DNA of 64,000 nucleotides from Octopus vulgaris (Eukaryota): positions 5,022,001-5,086,000 of the forward strand of contig OX597822.1 of assembly GCA_951406725.2 (NCBI GenBank), read 5' to 3'. Below the pieces are notes generated by a model. The model ran no database searches, was not told where the DNA came from, and was given only the letters and a program-made list of their open reading frames with translations. Position numbers and translations under genes: made by a program. Positions 12,613-26,924 of this stretch are shown here, piece after piece (within the stretch, counting starts at the first letter, position 1; every line of letters begins with the position of its first letter).

Positions 12613-13189
12613 ATGTATTGAATATCACTATCATCAATCACAGTAAATGCACCACTGTTTGGGTACATGAATTGTAAGGTGAGGGATATTAATCACATGA
12701 TCTAAACCATAAATGTAGTGTGTGTATATACATGTATACACACACACATATTCATATATATATATATATACAAACTCACATATGTGTAGTTCTACTGAAG
12801 TCCTAGGACCCAAGAACTGAGCAGGTCGATTATGGATAACAGTCTAAGGGAGACAATCCCTTGCACTTAACCTTTTTTCATTGTCTGTGTGTTCAACAAC
12901 TGGCCCCAAGGTCTTTTCTTCCTCCACTTTGAAGAGAGGTTATAGGCCACCAGCCATTAGGGTCTGAAGAGATGCTGTAAAGCTAAGTGTTTTATGGACG
13001 TGAAACTCTGGGTAACCCCATAGACCAGCCATAACTATCTTTATCTAATACACACTCACACACACAAAGATACATAGTACATAGATACATGCAAAAGGAG
13101 GGAGAGGATCATTTAATCTTGTGATGAACAAAATTACATCTTCATTATTTGTGTCATTATAAAATGCATTCCATTACATTAAGTAATGC

Positions 13190-13600
13190 GGTTAGAGACA
13201 GGACGATAATTCCTCACACTTGGTAACCCTGTAACACAAAAGCAAGGTCAAAACGGGTGGAAATGACACGTATAAGAAGTGTTATAATTTATGGTAGTGA
13301 GACATAGGGAACGAACACAGAGCAGGAGAGAAGGCTGTTAAGAATGAAAATATTTCAGGGGATGGAGTGAAGTATTGTTGGAAGAGCATGACAAAGAAAT
13401 GAACTGCAAAGGATGTTGGGAATTGAGCCAGTTGTGAAGTGGATAAAACTGACTGAATCACGTCTTGGGGAAGGATGAGAGGAGTGATGGAAATAAAGAT
13501 AGAAAGGAAAAGAAGATGAAGAAAATGACCTGGTTAAAGGTGGTAAACCAGGCAGAAATGTTGGTGAGAGGGGAGTGTAGGGGGGAATGAGAGGGCAAAA
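13190..13600 (+). pseudogene. Highly decayed RTE LINE remnant
   Basis: RSVIIYGSET*G...ERRL resembles the RTE post-RT motif LYGSETW. Confidence 0.4.
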
Positions 13601-13969
13601 TGGAGAACACTGCCAAGGGGCCCAAAAACCTAATTTCCATTTTAGAAAAGAAAATGAACTGAACATATTTGTTGTGTTACTGTATACATATGAATACATA
13701 CATATACTCTCTCTCTCTCTCTTTCATACACAAACACTCAAGCAGAGATGAAGGATAAATGTAATTTACTGAGAAATGGTGGTGGTGGCCAATCATCCGA
13801 TCAAATGTGGGAAACTGTGTTCCCATTGATTTTTCAAGTTGCTGATAGTCTGTCTCTGTTGATCACAACTTCTGAAAACTGACACTACTGGGAAGAAGGA
13901 GGGCAGGAATTTAACTCAGAGTGTACAGAGCCAGAACAAATACTGCAAGACATCCTGTCCAATCCTCTA

Positions 13970-14330
13970 ACATCATCCTCATGATCTTCATTTAATGTCC
14001 GTTTTCCCATGCTGTCATGGGTTAGATGATTTGACAAGGGCTGTCAAGCCAGAAGATTCTGCTGAGGTCTACTTTCGCATGGTTTCCATGGCTGGATGCC
14101 CTTCCTAACATCAACAACTTTACAGAGTGCACTGGGAGCTTCCCATGTGGCACCAGCACCAATACTTTTTACATGGCACCAGCATCAGTGGGGAGGAAGG
14201 AGGTCACCAAGGAACTTGCAAGTCAAAGACCTCTTCAACAGAGATGGAGGCTAAAGTATAATAGAGAGATAGAGAATAGGAGTCTTGCTATAGAGAAGAT
14301 ACATAGTTATCCCAGTTGTAAAGGAAAGGA
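13970..14330 (-). mobile_element. RTE 3'-end-derived repeat
   Basis: Shares GGAAGGGCATCCAGC and AACCCATG.CAGCATGG.AAA.GGAC.TTAAATGA with the RTE 3' end at 35160-35307. A similar plus-strand copy lies at 20770-21095. Confidence 0.6.
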
Positions 14331-14589
14331 GATAAAAGAGGGAAATAGGGTTAGGGAGAGCAAGAAAGTCATGACACAGAGACAGATGGAAAGAAAAGTT
14401 GATCCCTGTAGAGTTAGAACTCAGAATGGAATGAATCAGAACAAATTCTGTAGAGTAATCTATCTAGATTCTAATGACTGCTAATTTGCCACCTTCATAT
14501 AGAGAGTCATTGATGGAAAGGGAAATGAATAGAGAGGAAGGAAAGAGAGAAGAAAGAGATGGGTATGCATAATTAGAAATATAGAAACT

Positions 14590-14628
<39 letters not shown>

Positions 14629-14966
14629 CAAAAGCTGAAGCTGAAAAAAAAAAAACATGAATTGTATTAAAAAACCCGTCAGAATATAAAAGTGAAAGAT
14701 TTTATTATGCTCGTCACACCCTGTTCACTGAAATAGATTTTTCACAAATTCCGCAAACTCTGATCTTCAGATGTTCTTTTAGCACACACATATACGCACA
14801 GGCATGCGTGCACACACTAATACATACACATGTACATAAATGTGTGTATGTGCATATATACATATACATACATATTCCCACACATGCATGCATACATATA
14901 TACATACACATACACACATATATATATACATATTATACATATATATATACACACACATGAACATGA

Positions 14967-15001
<35 letters not shown>

Positions 15002-15726
15002 TTATTTTACTACTTTTATTTGAATGTGAAAGATGTTGAAGATGGAGTGAAGAGTTACATAAAAATAGGAAAGAAAAAAAAATTTTGAGAGAGAGGAATG
15101 AATAAAGAAATGCCACAACAAATTATTATTATTATTTTTTTATTTTTATTCTTCTTACAGAATAAAACCAACAAATCTCTGATTATCTTTTGTCTGAATA
15201 TAGAGAAGAGGGCAACAATACAAGTAGAGTTCACTTGATTAATCTGACACAGCACTTGCAGCTGTACAGCACAGCCAACAGATAAAATTATACATCATAT
15301 ATACACACACACACACATATATATATATATACATAAATGCACACACACACACACATGTATATATATATACATAAATGCACACACACACATGTATATATAT
15401 ATATATATATATAGATAGATAGATAGATAGATAGATAGATTTATATAAAATGATGTAACTATGTATAGAATTTATATGTATATTAACAGATACATGTGTA
15501 ATTTCTCTTTCACACACACACACACACACACAGAAACCAGCATCCGCTCGGAAGAGGGATTGTAATACAAAGTAATGGCCAGTTTGTTAATTTTCAGTAC
15601 TAGGTTCAATTCTTTCTAAGGGCATAATGCTAAAAATAACAAGAAGCCTGAGTCTTTAACAATGCTCCTATAACTTCACAGCTGTGAATTTGATTGTTAC
15701 CTGCTTAACTCTTAATAATTTCTTTT

Positions 15727-15954
15727 CTCTTACTCTCTCTTTTACTCTTTTTACTCTTTTACTAGTTTCAGTCATTTGACTGCGGCCATGCTGGAACACG
15801 GCCTTTAGTTGAGCAAATCGACCCCGGAACTTATTCTTTGTAAGCCCAGTACTTATTTTATCGGTCTCTTTTGCCGAACCGCTAAGTGACGGGGACGTAA
15901 ACACACCAGCATCGGTTGTCAAGCAATGCTAGGGGGACAAACACAGACACACAA

Positions 15955-15991
<37 letters not shown>

Positions 15992-16163
15992 CATATATAC
16001 GACAGGCTTCTTTCAGTTTCCGTCTACCAAATCCACTCACAAGGCATTGGTCGGCCCGGGGCTATAGCAGAAGACACTTGCCCAAGATACCACGCAGTAG
16101 GACTGAACCCGGAACCATGTGGTTGGTTAGCAAGCTACTTACCACACAGCCACTCCTGCGCCT
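15727..16163 (-). mobile_element. SINE family A, full length, young
   Basis: CpG-rich and near-identical to the 1510-1925 copy. Confidence 0.9.
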
Positions 16164-16984
16164 CTTCTCTTCATTTCTTTAACTCTTTATCATTCAGATT
16201 ACATAACCAAACGCAAATACTTATTTATTCACATTGTTTTGAAGCGATCAAGTATTATCTCATACCTTTGGGATTTCATTAATGTGATTGTTTACTTTTT
16301 GAATAACATTGTAAAGTAGGTGTGAGAGGCTTCATCTTCTGGCTGGTTTCAACATAAAACAGATAGAATGTTTGGGCCAGATATGGCCAGTTTGAATGTT
16401 CGAGGTTAAATATCCTACTTTCCTTCCATACTTAATTTTTTCCTAACATTTCGTACAACTGGTTGTCACATTCAATCTTCTAATTTATACTTTCTGCTCA
16501 ATCACTGTAACTCACTTTTACTCTCTGTATCTCTCTCTCTTTCCCTCTCTCTCTTTCCCTCTCTCTCTCTCTCTCTTTCACTCACTCTCTCTCTCTCTCT
16601 GTTTTCCTATGTCTTCTGTACCCACTCCATATACTTTCTCTCTGACTTACTGTCAATAAATATTTCCTTGAATTTCCCAGAGGGTAATCCTTTGCATTTA
16701 TTGAACAACTGATTATCTTCTCTGATTAATCAAACAATTAATTAACTTGCTCGTTAATTTTGATTAATAAAAAGCAGGTAGAGCAATGCCTGTAGCTAAT
16801 TGATGCTTTCCTCTCCAATGGGAAAGAGAGAAAAAGCTTAGAGAGAGAGCTTATTTGGGGAAAGAGAGGAAAGGCTGGGTGAAGATTAAAGAGCTTCAGT
16901 GTTATTCAATGAGTGGCAAAAAATACTGACTGACAATGAGCAAGATGAGGAAGGATGATGGGTTTTTATGTAACTTGTGATTTC

Positions 16985-17362
16985 AAGTATGGTTGTGTGG
17001 TAAAAAGCTTACTTCTTAACCACATGGTTCCAGGTTCAGTCCCATTGCATGGCACCTTGGGCAAGTGTTTTCTACTATAGCTTCTGGCCAACCAAAGCCT
17101 TGTGAGTGGATTTGGTAAGTGGAAACTAAAAGAAGCTCACTGTGTATGTGTGTCTTTGTGTTTGTCCACCATCACTGCTTGACAACCAGTGTTGGTTTGC
17201 TTACATCCTCATGACTTAACAGTTCGCTAGAAAGAGTCTGATATAAGTACCAGGCTTAAAAAGAAAAATAAGCAATGGGGTCGATTCATTTGACTAAAAG
17301 TTCTTCAAAGGGATGCCCCAGCATGGCTGCAGTCTGATGACTGAAACAGATAAAAGATAAAG
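16985..17362 (+). mobile_element. SINE family A, older copy
   Basis: Colinear with family A from head to tail but CpG-depleted. Confidence 0.8.
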
Positions 17363-18414
17363 TATAATGTGATTATATGCATAGTGTTAGTGGGGCTCCT
17401 TACACCCTGGGGAAGTAGCAAATGCTGTTTTGGGCAGTTTAACCTGTTAGCATTTAAACAGGCCATATCTGGCCCAGATATTCCGCTTGTTTTAAGTTCT
17501 AACCAGCTAGATTTGGCTTCTCAGACCTAACCTACAATGTCATTCCCAAAACAAACAATCACATCTTCAGAATCTCAGAGCTATAAGATCATGCATGATT
17601 AACTCAAAGCAATGAGAATAAAGAATTATTACATTTGACAGAATAATTTGAACACGGTTAAACCCGATAGGGCCGATCCCTTTTCAGGTATGAATGCAGT
17701 CAAATTTTGGGGGAGAAGAGACAAAAAAAAAGTAATAGCAACTCCCCAACTGAGCAACATTCAACATTATCAACAGGTTATGGGTTAACACTTATGTGCT
17801 AAAATAGGCACTGGATTAAAAAGGTTAAAATAATGAAATAGCTTCAAGTTCGGAAGTCTGCAACTGCGGAATTATTTTCCCATAAAATATAACAATCCAG
17901 TCTGGTGTTTATATAAGACATTCAAGCAAAACTGGAACATTCTACAGTGTAAGATCCTAAATGAAAGCTTAAGAGATAAAAACTGATGGCAAAGTTACTG
18001 AAGCCTCTCATTCATCAAATATCAAGGACAAAATCTAAGATAGAGCATCATTGATAGTAGTGTCCAGTATGGTCAGAACTAGTAAAACATAATACTAATA
18101 GTAATAAAAGAGTAAACGTTGTTTTTGATAAGAATGGAAAAATGTCATGAGAAGAAATTATGTGAACAAAGATAATGATCTTTGTAGTGTTGCTGCAGTT
18201 ATTTATTTATTGGATTAATACATTTTAAACATTTCCAGATTCACAACACAGTTTTCAAATGAAATGACCTTACTTGAATAGGAAGAAACATGGTTAAATG
18301 AGTTACATATCTGCTTTGCAGTTCATCCAAGGAAACAGGCATGGAATCTGATTTCTCTTGCTTTGTCATTAATCAAATAACCATTTCTGTATTAATCTAG
18401 CATATAAATATTGG

Positions 18415-18616
18415 TTTAAAATTTTGGCATAAGGCTAGCAATTTTGAGAGAGGGGCTAAGTTGATTACAATGACACCAGTGTGCAACTGGTACATATTTT
18501 ATCAATCTGAAAAGAATGAAAGGCAAAGTCAACTTCAGTGGAATTTGAACTCAGAATGTAAACACAAATGAAATGCTGCTAAGCATTTTGTCTGGCTTGC
18601 TAACAATTCTGCCAGT
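18415..18616 (-). mobile_element. SINE family B, diverged copy
   Basis: Reverse complement of the CTGGCAGAATTGTTAGC...GAGTTCAAATTCC...GACTTTGCCTTTCATTC...GTACCAGTT pattern. Confidence 0.7.
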
Positions 18617-19889
18617 ATATAAAATATTAACAACAAAGCTACAATAATTATTAGAAAAGTTGGTAAATTTAGAGAGATGTCAATACTGCTGGTTTGAAAA
18701 TGCCTTCCATTCATATTTTATCAATGTTTCTTCATTGGCAAATGATAATCATTCTTCTTCACATTGGCAGCAATAATTACTATAAAATGTAATTAAGAAA
18801 TGCTGAGCAACAACTGTTCCATGTCAAATCTGCCAAAGGGAAGAGCAACAGTTACTATTTGTCACCTGCTCAATAGTAAAATATCTCTGCAAATAAGTAC
18901 ACCTGTACCAAAATTTTAGGGGCTATTTTAAACAGACAAGCAGAATCTTAGCTTTTGAGTTTAACCACTCAAATGTCAGATTTCTCCGATCAAGGACCAC
19001 TGGAGTTAGTCTTAGTTGCCTTTCTTATATGTCAGAGGCACATTTACTTTTAGAAGGGTTTGCTATCCATATAAGAATTTGTTCTTGAATGTATGTATCT
19101 TTTCTACACATTGTTTTTTTTATGTAGTCCACGGATGAGATCCAGTGATTCTTAGTACAGAAGACACTTAGTAGTGCTCAAAAAGATTCAAACTTATGTA
19201 TGTGCATACACCACAGTCCAATAAGTAAATGTTGTGCACTTTACTTATTATTTACAATGGTAGTGGCTTGTGTCTTATGGGACAATTTTAAATAGTGTAC
19301 CACCACCATCACCACCACCACCACCACAACATCTACTTTTCTAGGCAAGCATGGGTTGGATGAGTCATCACAGTCTGAGCCAGTTCTTTTTCAAAATAGA
19401 GGACCTAGATGGGGCAGGGGCCACATCTTACAGTTTCTATAGCGGTAAGCCTGGGATGCGCTTCCTCTTACAAACCACTTTACATAATGTAGTGACTAAA
19501 ATCCATAGTGCCACGGGTACCAGAGAAGTTAGCTCATCTCTACTATGACTAAAGAATCCTTTGTGTTCTGTGTTCTCCCCATTTATATGACTGGTACCAA
19601 AGACGTTTCTCATTTCCAGTGTTCTCTCTGTATGTTCCTTTCTTTCCACAAAACTGGGAGAAGAAAGAAAAATCAGAGAAGATTAGGAAGGTTGGAGTTG
19701 AGAGAGAAGAGAGTAAGGAAGAGAGTGATAGAGGTGATGACAGAAAGGAAACTAATGGAAAGGAGGAGAGAGATAAGAATGAGATAGAGGAGTGATTAAT
19801 AGGGAGAGGGTGGAGTGTGACAGATAACTACATTATAGCTGGGTAATGGAAGGGAGAGTTTTAGAAAAGAGAAAGATTATTTATATAGA

Positions 19890-20510
19890 TTTGCGTTGGA
19901 CAAAGCATATCTCTAAAATTGTCAAGAAGGCCGAGGGTGTCTTGGCATCACTCAGCAAGACTTTTGTTAGCCGCTCTCCAGCCATCTATTTAAAACTGTA
20001 TACAGCTATGGTATGACCACACTTGGAATTCACATCATCAGTTTGGAATCCCTATCTTGCTCAGAACATTGACCTCCTGGAATCTGTCCAGAGACGTGCA
20101 ACCAAACGCATACCCTCCATCAGACACCTACCATATTCTGAGCGCCTTGTTTCCCTGGGCATGGATTCACTGAAGCTCCGGCGTCTGGCGACGGACTTGG
20201 TAATCACCCACAAGGTTATCAACCACCTCACCAACAACAACACTGAACACCTATTTGATCTCCATGTGTCTAACACACGTGGACATGCCCACAAAGTCAG
20301 AAAACAACACAGCTCCCATGACTTTTTTTTCACGGAAACATTTTTGCACGCTCAAGTTGCTGAAGCATGGAATAAAGCTGCCTGCGTCAGTTGTTGACTG
20401 CCATGACACTGCATCCTTTAAGGCCCTCATGCTTTCCGAAATCCGCCGAAACTACACCTGATTATATATACACTTTAGACGAGTTGTAGTGCACCTGAGC
20501 ACTGTACACA

Positions 20511-20535
<25 letters not shown>
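19890..20535 (+). mobile_element. CR1-group LINE, 5'-truncated 3' end with (ATT)n tail
   Basis: LRWTKHISKIVKKAEGVL...KLYTAMV*PHLEFTSSVWNPYLAQNIDLLESVQRRATKRI..LPYSERL...SLKLRR...NTRGH, the typical CR1 ORF2 C-terminus. A short 3' UTR is followed by ATT repeats. Confidence 0.9.
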
Positions 20536-20569
<34 letters not shown>

Positions 20570-20718
20570 AATAAATGAAAGAATGGAGTCGAACGACGAT
20601 TTAACAAAATTCCTTTATTCTCAACATATTCTCAACAAAATTCCTTTATTCTGACGTGAATTTGCTACCTGGGTATCGGTTAACCGAATTATCCATACTA
20701 GGATAATTCATTCAACTA

Positions 20719-20770
<52 letters not shown>

Positions 20771-21337
20771 GTCTATAGCAAGACACCTATTTTCTATCAT
20801 TCTATTACACTTTAAATTCCTGGTTGGTACAAAACCACCCCATTCAATACTACCCCCCTTCTTTGTTGAGGAAACTTTGTTTTGCAATTTACTTGGTGTC
20901 CCTGCTGATGCTGACGCCACATAAACAACACCAGTGCTAGTGCCATGTAAAAAGCATAGAGTACACTCTGAAAAGAGGGTGGTGTTAGGAAGAGCATCCA
21001 GCTGTAGGAACCATGCCAAAGCAGACAACTGGAGCCTGGCAGAGTGCTCTGGCATGCTGGCCAGCATGGTAAACAGATGTTAAATGATGGTGATCACACA
21101 CACATGCATATATATATACACACATACGTACATATCAATCAAGTTATTGACAGTGGTTTTCAAGTCTCAATAGTGGCTGGCATTGTTCAAGACACTGGCC
21201 CCTGATGAGGCCGGTGGCTGGCACACCTTTGAATTTACTGTCAATAAAAACTATTTATAATATCTGACTCCTACAATTGTAGTGAATCTTTTTCAGCAAA
21301 TGTTTGCAGTTTTTATATCACACATGTATGTCTCTCC

Positions 21338-21374
<37 letters not shown>

Positions 21375-21501
21375 CATATGCATATATATACACACACACA
21401 CACACACATATAAACACATACACACACATATATACATGTTTGTGCATATATATATGCATGAATTAGACAGTGATGCAGATAAATGTTATTAGGCTTGATA
21501 T

Positions 21502-21538
<37 letters not shown>

Positions 21539-21539
21539 C

Positions 21540-21630
<91 letters not shown>

Positions 21631-21645
21631 TAGATAGATAGATAG
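21540..21645. repeat. (GA)n(GACA)n(GATA)n compound microsatellite
   Basis: Directly visible. Confidence 0.95.
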
Positions 21646-22197
21646 AAAGATGAAACTAAATATATTCAAAGGATAAACATGTACCAGCATATAGGTATTT
21701 ATAAATATATAGACAATATGTTATAATTTAGATACACTTTAGATACACATTTTGTTCCTAACATGTTAAATTGAAGTGAATAAAATTTTGAGCTTGCATC
21801 CTAATAACAATAGAAATGGAGCAGAGCACCAAGAAACTCATTTAGATTATTAAATACAAGAAAGCTCGTTAACCATCCTATGATAGTGTAAATCTGCAAT
21901 AGCATTAAATCGTTAGCTACAGCATGTTAGCTTTGATTATCATACAATCACAGCCTCTGGCCAGGCAGATGGGGCTGGTGTTTTGTAGACTGGATTTCAT
22001 GTTTATTCACTAGACAGTGGAATAGCCATTTCAGTAATTAAATCCACTGCATCTTAGTGCATAGAAACAGCCAAATGAATTAACATAAACACATAGGTAG
22101 GAAAGTATGTGTATGTGTGTATGTGTGTGTGTGTGTGTGTATGTATATATATATGTGTGCATGTGTGTATGCATATATATGTATGTATATATGCATG

Positions 22198-22246
<49 letters not shown>

Positions 22247-22248
22247 AG

Positions 22249-22279
<31 letters not shown>

Positions 22280-22545
22280 ATATATATATATATAGACGTG
22301 TATATATATAAAAACGATGATGATGATAATGATAATGATATATATATATATATATATATAAATTTAAATTGAGAGAGAAATTTGATATTAATTTAATTAA
22401 CATCAATTACACACCAGTGGTCTAGCATATTAAAATCTGAAGGTTCAGTAAATAGTATTATATACATATGAGAGGGAAGACCACTATGTGGACAACCCTT
22501 GTGCTAGAAATAGATCCGCTATGCTCTTACTACTAAGAAATGTTT

Positions 22546-23130
22546 GACTCTTAAAGTCAAAACTACCTAGCAAACACCAGAACTACGCTCTGGTGTTTGC
22601 TAGGTAGTTTTGACTTTAAGAGTCCCTCCTTGTGTGTGGCATTTATGTATAGTAATAATGCCCTCAATATAATATAAATAAATATACTTAAGAGAAAAAC
22701 TGATGGATTTTTCTCTTATGAGGTTTTTCACGCTAACTACTTCCTAAATTCTTATAAAGATTTTATCCTATTTTTAAATTGTAAATTTAACCGGAGTATA
22801 TTCAATACTGAATTTTTATTCCGAATAAACACGTTGTACCGAAATGCAATTCAAAAAAGCTCGCCTTTTACATAGATGTATAAAGGGTGAACATTTCTAT
22901 ATGCTACGCTGGATACATTGGGTGTTCATCTGGTATGTTGATTTTTGCTCATTCGTTATAAATCTTGAATTATGCTTGCACTGAAGATTAAAAAGTGCAT
23001 TTCTGCACTAATTCGAGAGTTGCATTCCCTCACATTCGATACTATGTGTTTATTTATTTTGGTAGTTTTGACTTTAAGAGTCCCTCCTAGCGTGTGGCAT
23101 TTATGTTTAGTAATGCCCTCAATATAATAT
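22546..23130 (+). mobile_element. Non-coding Penelope-like/retrozyme-like unit: 5' inverted segment plus terminal direct repeats
   Basis: Perfect 36-bp hairpin at 22546-22624. About 70-bp direct repeats at 22603-22675 and 23061-23130. Embedded in (TA)n. Confidence 0.6.
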
Positions 23131-23333
23131 GAATATATATATATATATATACATGGATATATGTAGGATTGCACCTAAGGACTCATGCTTTGGTTTCTAT
23201 AACTTCGGAAAGTTAAACTATGAACTTTTATGCCTCTTTTTTTTTCACTCCTTCCATCTCTTTATTCTTTTACTCCCTTCATCTATGACATCATCTTATT
23301 GATATATACCTTGTCATATTTTTTCCTCAATTT

Positions 23334-23389
23334 GTCTCTGATAATGGAATATCCCATACTCGAGGATATCCTAGAAACAGCTGTAAATT
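23334..23389 (+). ncRNA. Degenerate type I hammerhead ribozyme motif
   Basis: GTCT-CTGATAA-[TGGAATATCC loop GGATATCCTA]-GAAA-CAGCTG-TA. Stem II pairs at 9/10 positions and stem III is palindromic. Core G8 is mutated to A. Confidence 0.55.
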
Positions 23390-23478
23390 TTGAATTTCTT
23401 GATTTTGAATTCCTTGTAATAATATTGTATATGACTTGCCTTGCCTTAATGTTTGACATCCTGTTTAACAATTATATG

Positions 23479-23890
<412 letters not shown>

Positions 23891-24642
23891 GACACCCACA
23901 CAAGCATCTATGTATGTAAGTATGTATAGGTGTATGAAAATATATGTTTGTAGGTGTGGGTGTGCGGGTGTGTATGTGAGCGTATTGATTGAATGTGTGG
24001 TGTATGTATTTGTGTACATGGTTATATATATGTGGAAGCATGTGAGGATGTATACAAGTGTATTGATTCAATAGGAATCTAACAAAAAAAATATAAGATA
24101 AAATAATTCATTACATTAAAACAAATCTGTTAAGAAAAAAAATTAAAGGGTAAGATTTGAAAACAAATATATAAATATCAAAACGAAAATTCTATTTTAA
24201 ATATTGAGAAGATTTTCATGTGAAACACGCATAGACATGGTTAAAGATAAAATGTAGAAGGAAAGACAGAGATAAATTGGAGTTAGGGAAAGAAAATAAG
24301 AAGAGGAAAGAAAAAAAAATGTATATAACCCACAACATACACACAACAAAGGCTGAAAACTTTCAAATCAAAGTTCACAAATTACTCTTCTTCTTGGCAC
24401 CGGTCATTAGTCATAGATTTCTGCTAGAGATGGTAGTAAGTTGTAAGTTTTATGCTGACTGAAAGTGATGACCATGTTATTCCTGTGAGAGTCTGTGCAC
24501 ATCAAGCCAAAAGAAGATGTGGACAGTTGCCAGATCAATTTGCCAATAACTTGTGCCGTTTCCAGCATTGGCAATCTTTAAGGGCTTTTGAAGAAGCAAA
24601 AGTGGAAGTGTAGGAGAAAAATAAATGCAAAGAAAAAAAGAA

Positions 24643-24677
<35 letters not shown>

Positions 24678-25020
24678 TATGAAGAGTTCTTTAATGTGAA
24701 AGAAGGCTATGTATAAAGTATAAAAGTTTTCAATACTGCAACAGTAGTTTTTACAGCTTGGCAGATTTTGAATGAAACCACAAAAATGCGTGACTGAAAA
24801 ATCCAAAAATTAATTAAGCAAAAGAAAAGAGGGAAAAGAGAATAGTAAGTTAATCTTAGTGACTCTACAGTGTGAAGGATAGATCACTCAAATGCAAACA
24901 CACATATAGATACTTGTGTTTCATCTCTTCAACTACTTATTCAAATCAATTTGAAATTTTGTTATTTTATAACCTATCTGTGTGTTTATCATATCTCAAA
25001 AATGTAACATTAAGATTCTT

Positions 25021-25355
25021 AGACCCCATTCGATCACGACACAGACCATGGAATTGCACCTAGAAAGTTACCCTCCCAGACACAAGTCCGGGCAAGGTTG
25101 TTTATGGAAGACCAGCAGTCACCCATGCATACCAGCCTCCCCTCTCCACACCACCAGTGTTATCCAAGGGAAAGGCAAAGGCTGATACAGCTTGGCACCA
25201 TTGACGTCGCAACTCATTTCTACAGCTGAGTGAACTGGAGCAACGTGAATAAAGTGTCTTGCTCAAGAACACAACACGCAGGCCGGTCCGGGATTCGAGC
25301 TCACAATCTCACAATCGTAAGCTCGACGCCCTAACCACTGAGCCATGTGCCTTCA
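25021..25355 (-). mobile_element. tRNA-derived SINE family C, full length
   Basis: Minus-strand head GAAGGCACATGGCTCAGTGGTTAGGGCG (A-box), GAGCTCGAATCCC (B-box), CORE-like GTTCTTGAGCAAGACACTT. Sister copies at 37668-38375 and 56188-56517. Confidence 0.88.
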
Positions 25356-26924
25356 ATAGAGTCAAGATTAAACAGCACAAAAAACAACTTTGTTTAGCAA
25401 TATTTTAAAAAGAAATTGTGAAGTTTTAAAACTTTTTAAATCTAATTTATATATTTATTCGGACAGGCCAAAAGTTCAATTCATATAAATTCAGGATGCT
25501 AAGGGCTGGAACACACACTGCAAGGAATCTGCTCCGACATTCTTACAGTTCAACCAATCCACAGTCCATGGACTGGCATTTCTTTTTTTTGTATTAACCA
25601 CAAAAGATAAAATGCAAAGTTGATTTTGGTAGGATTTGAACTCAAAGCTCAAACAATTGAAACAAATACCATGAAACATTCTCTCTGAAACCCATATGTC
25701 TCTACCAATATCCTCTAACAACATTCTCCTTTGTGAATTTGCTCAAGAAATCTCAAATGGCCCTATTGAGAAAAAAAAAGAATAAATTGCTCCTAAATAA
25801 CTTTTACTTACCCCTAAATTAACTAAATGTAGATATGGGGTAGGAAGGGGTTAGTTGAGAAATTTCCTGTCTTCTTCATACAGAAAAAACACAAAACAAA
25901 AAAGACACTTCTTTTTTGTTTTTTTCTTTTGTCTTTGTTGTATTTGTCAGTGATAAAATATCGATAAATTTACTCCAGCAAAAATAGTCAGCTAATCATC
26001 AATTGTTTAATAATTAAATTATTTTACCAGACATTGGAGAGCAGTAAACTAGCCATTTTGGCTGACTTTCTCCCACATGAAAGATTGTGTCATGAAACAT
26101 TCATTTGTTTACTCCCTTCTCCTCCTCCTTTCTGTCTGTCTGTCTGTCTTTTTCTCTCATACTCTTTCTTTATTATTAGATTTTTAAATCACAAATTTGA
26201 CCCATAGAGAAATTAATATCTAATTTACATCCTAATAACTTCCTATCCCAACTGAATAATTTGTCAACCTGTTAATTTTGGTTCTTAGTATTTCTTAAAA
26301 AAATCTCTCAATAATTATTTGAAGATTAAATTGGAGAGAGAATGTGTGTGTGTATGTCAAAAAACATAGACATACATCATATATGCATATATACATATAT
26401 GTGTGTATATATCATATACATACATATACATATGTGTGTGTATATATATGTGAGTGTGTGTGTATATATATGTGTGTGTGTTTATGCATAAATACATACA
26501 CAAACATTATACACACATACACATGTGTGTGTTTGTATTCCTATTATTATTTTTCATTATCCTATAACTCTTATTATTGCAAGACCACACATTATGCAAT
26601 TGGGTTTCAATTCTGAGTTGAAACTATATTTTTGTTTTTTCTGTTTGTTTATATATATGCACGCTTATGTGCATCAATGGTTATATATTCTACACCCATC
26701 ACTATTTGTTGATATTTCCTACTAACGTTAAGAACGTTTGCTCCGTGCTTTTGAAAAAGTGTGAAATAAAGTTACGTCTTACTCGAAAAGTAGGCAAATG
26801 TTGGTAACAGGAAGAGCATCCAGGCATAAAATCCTTCCCCCAATAAATTTCCTTCTACACCTACACAAATGTGGGGAAAACATGGATGTTAAATGACCGA
26901 ATGAATAGGATTGGCCAAGAGAAG

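Noticed and set aside
18866-18886. Possible 21-nt phase-0 microexon (TTATTTGCAG|AGATATTTTACTATTGAGCAG|GTGACA)
   Set aside because: Weak donor and no independent support; expected by chance.
25280-25355. tRNA-like sequences at SINE heads (families A, B and C)
   Set aside because: A/B boxes are present but run on into SINE bodies, and I found no complete cloverleaf, so they are not called tRNA genes.
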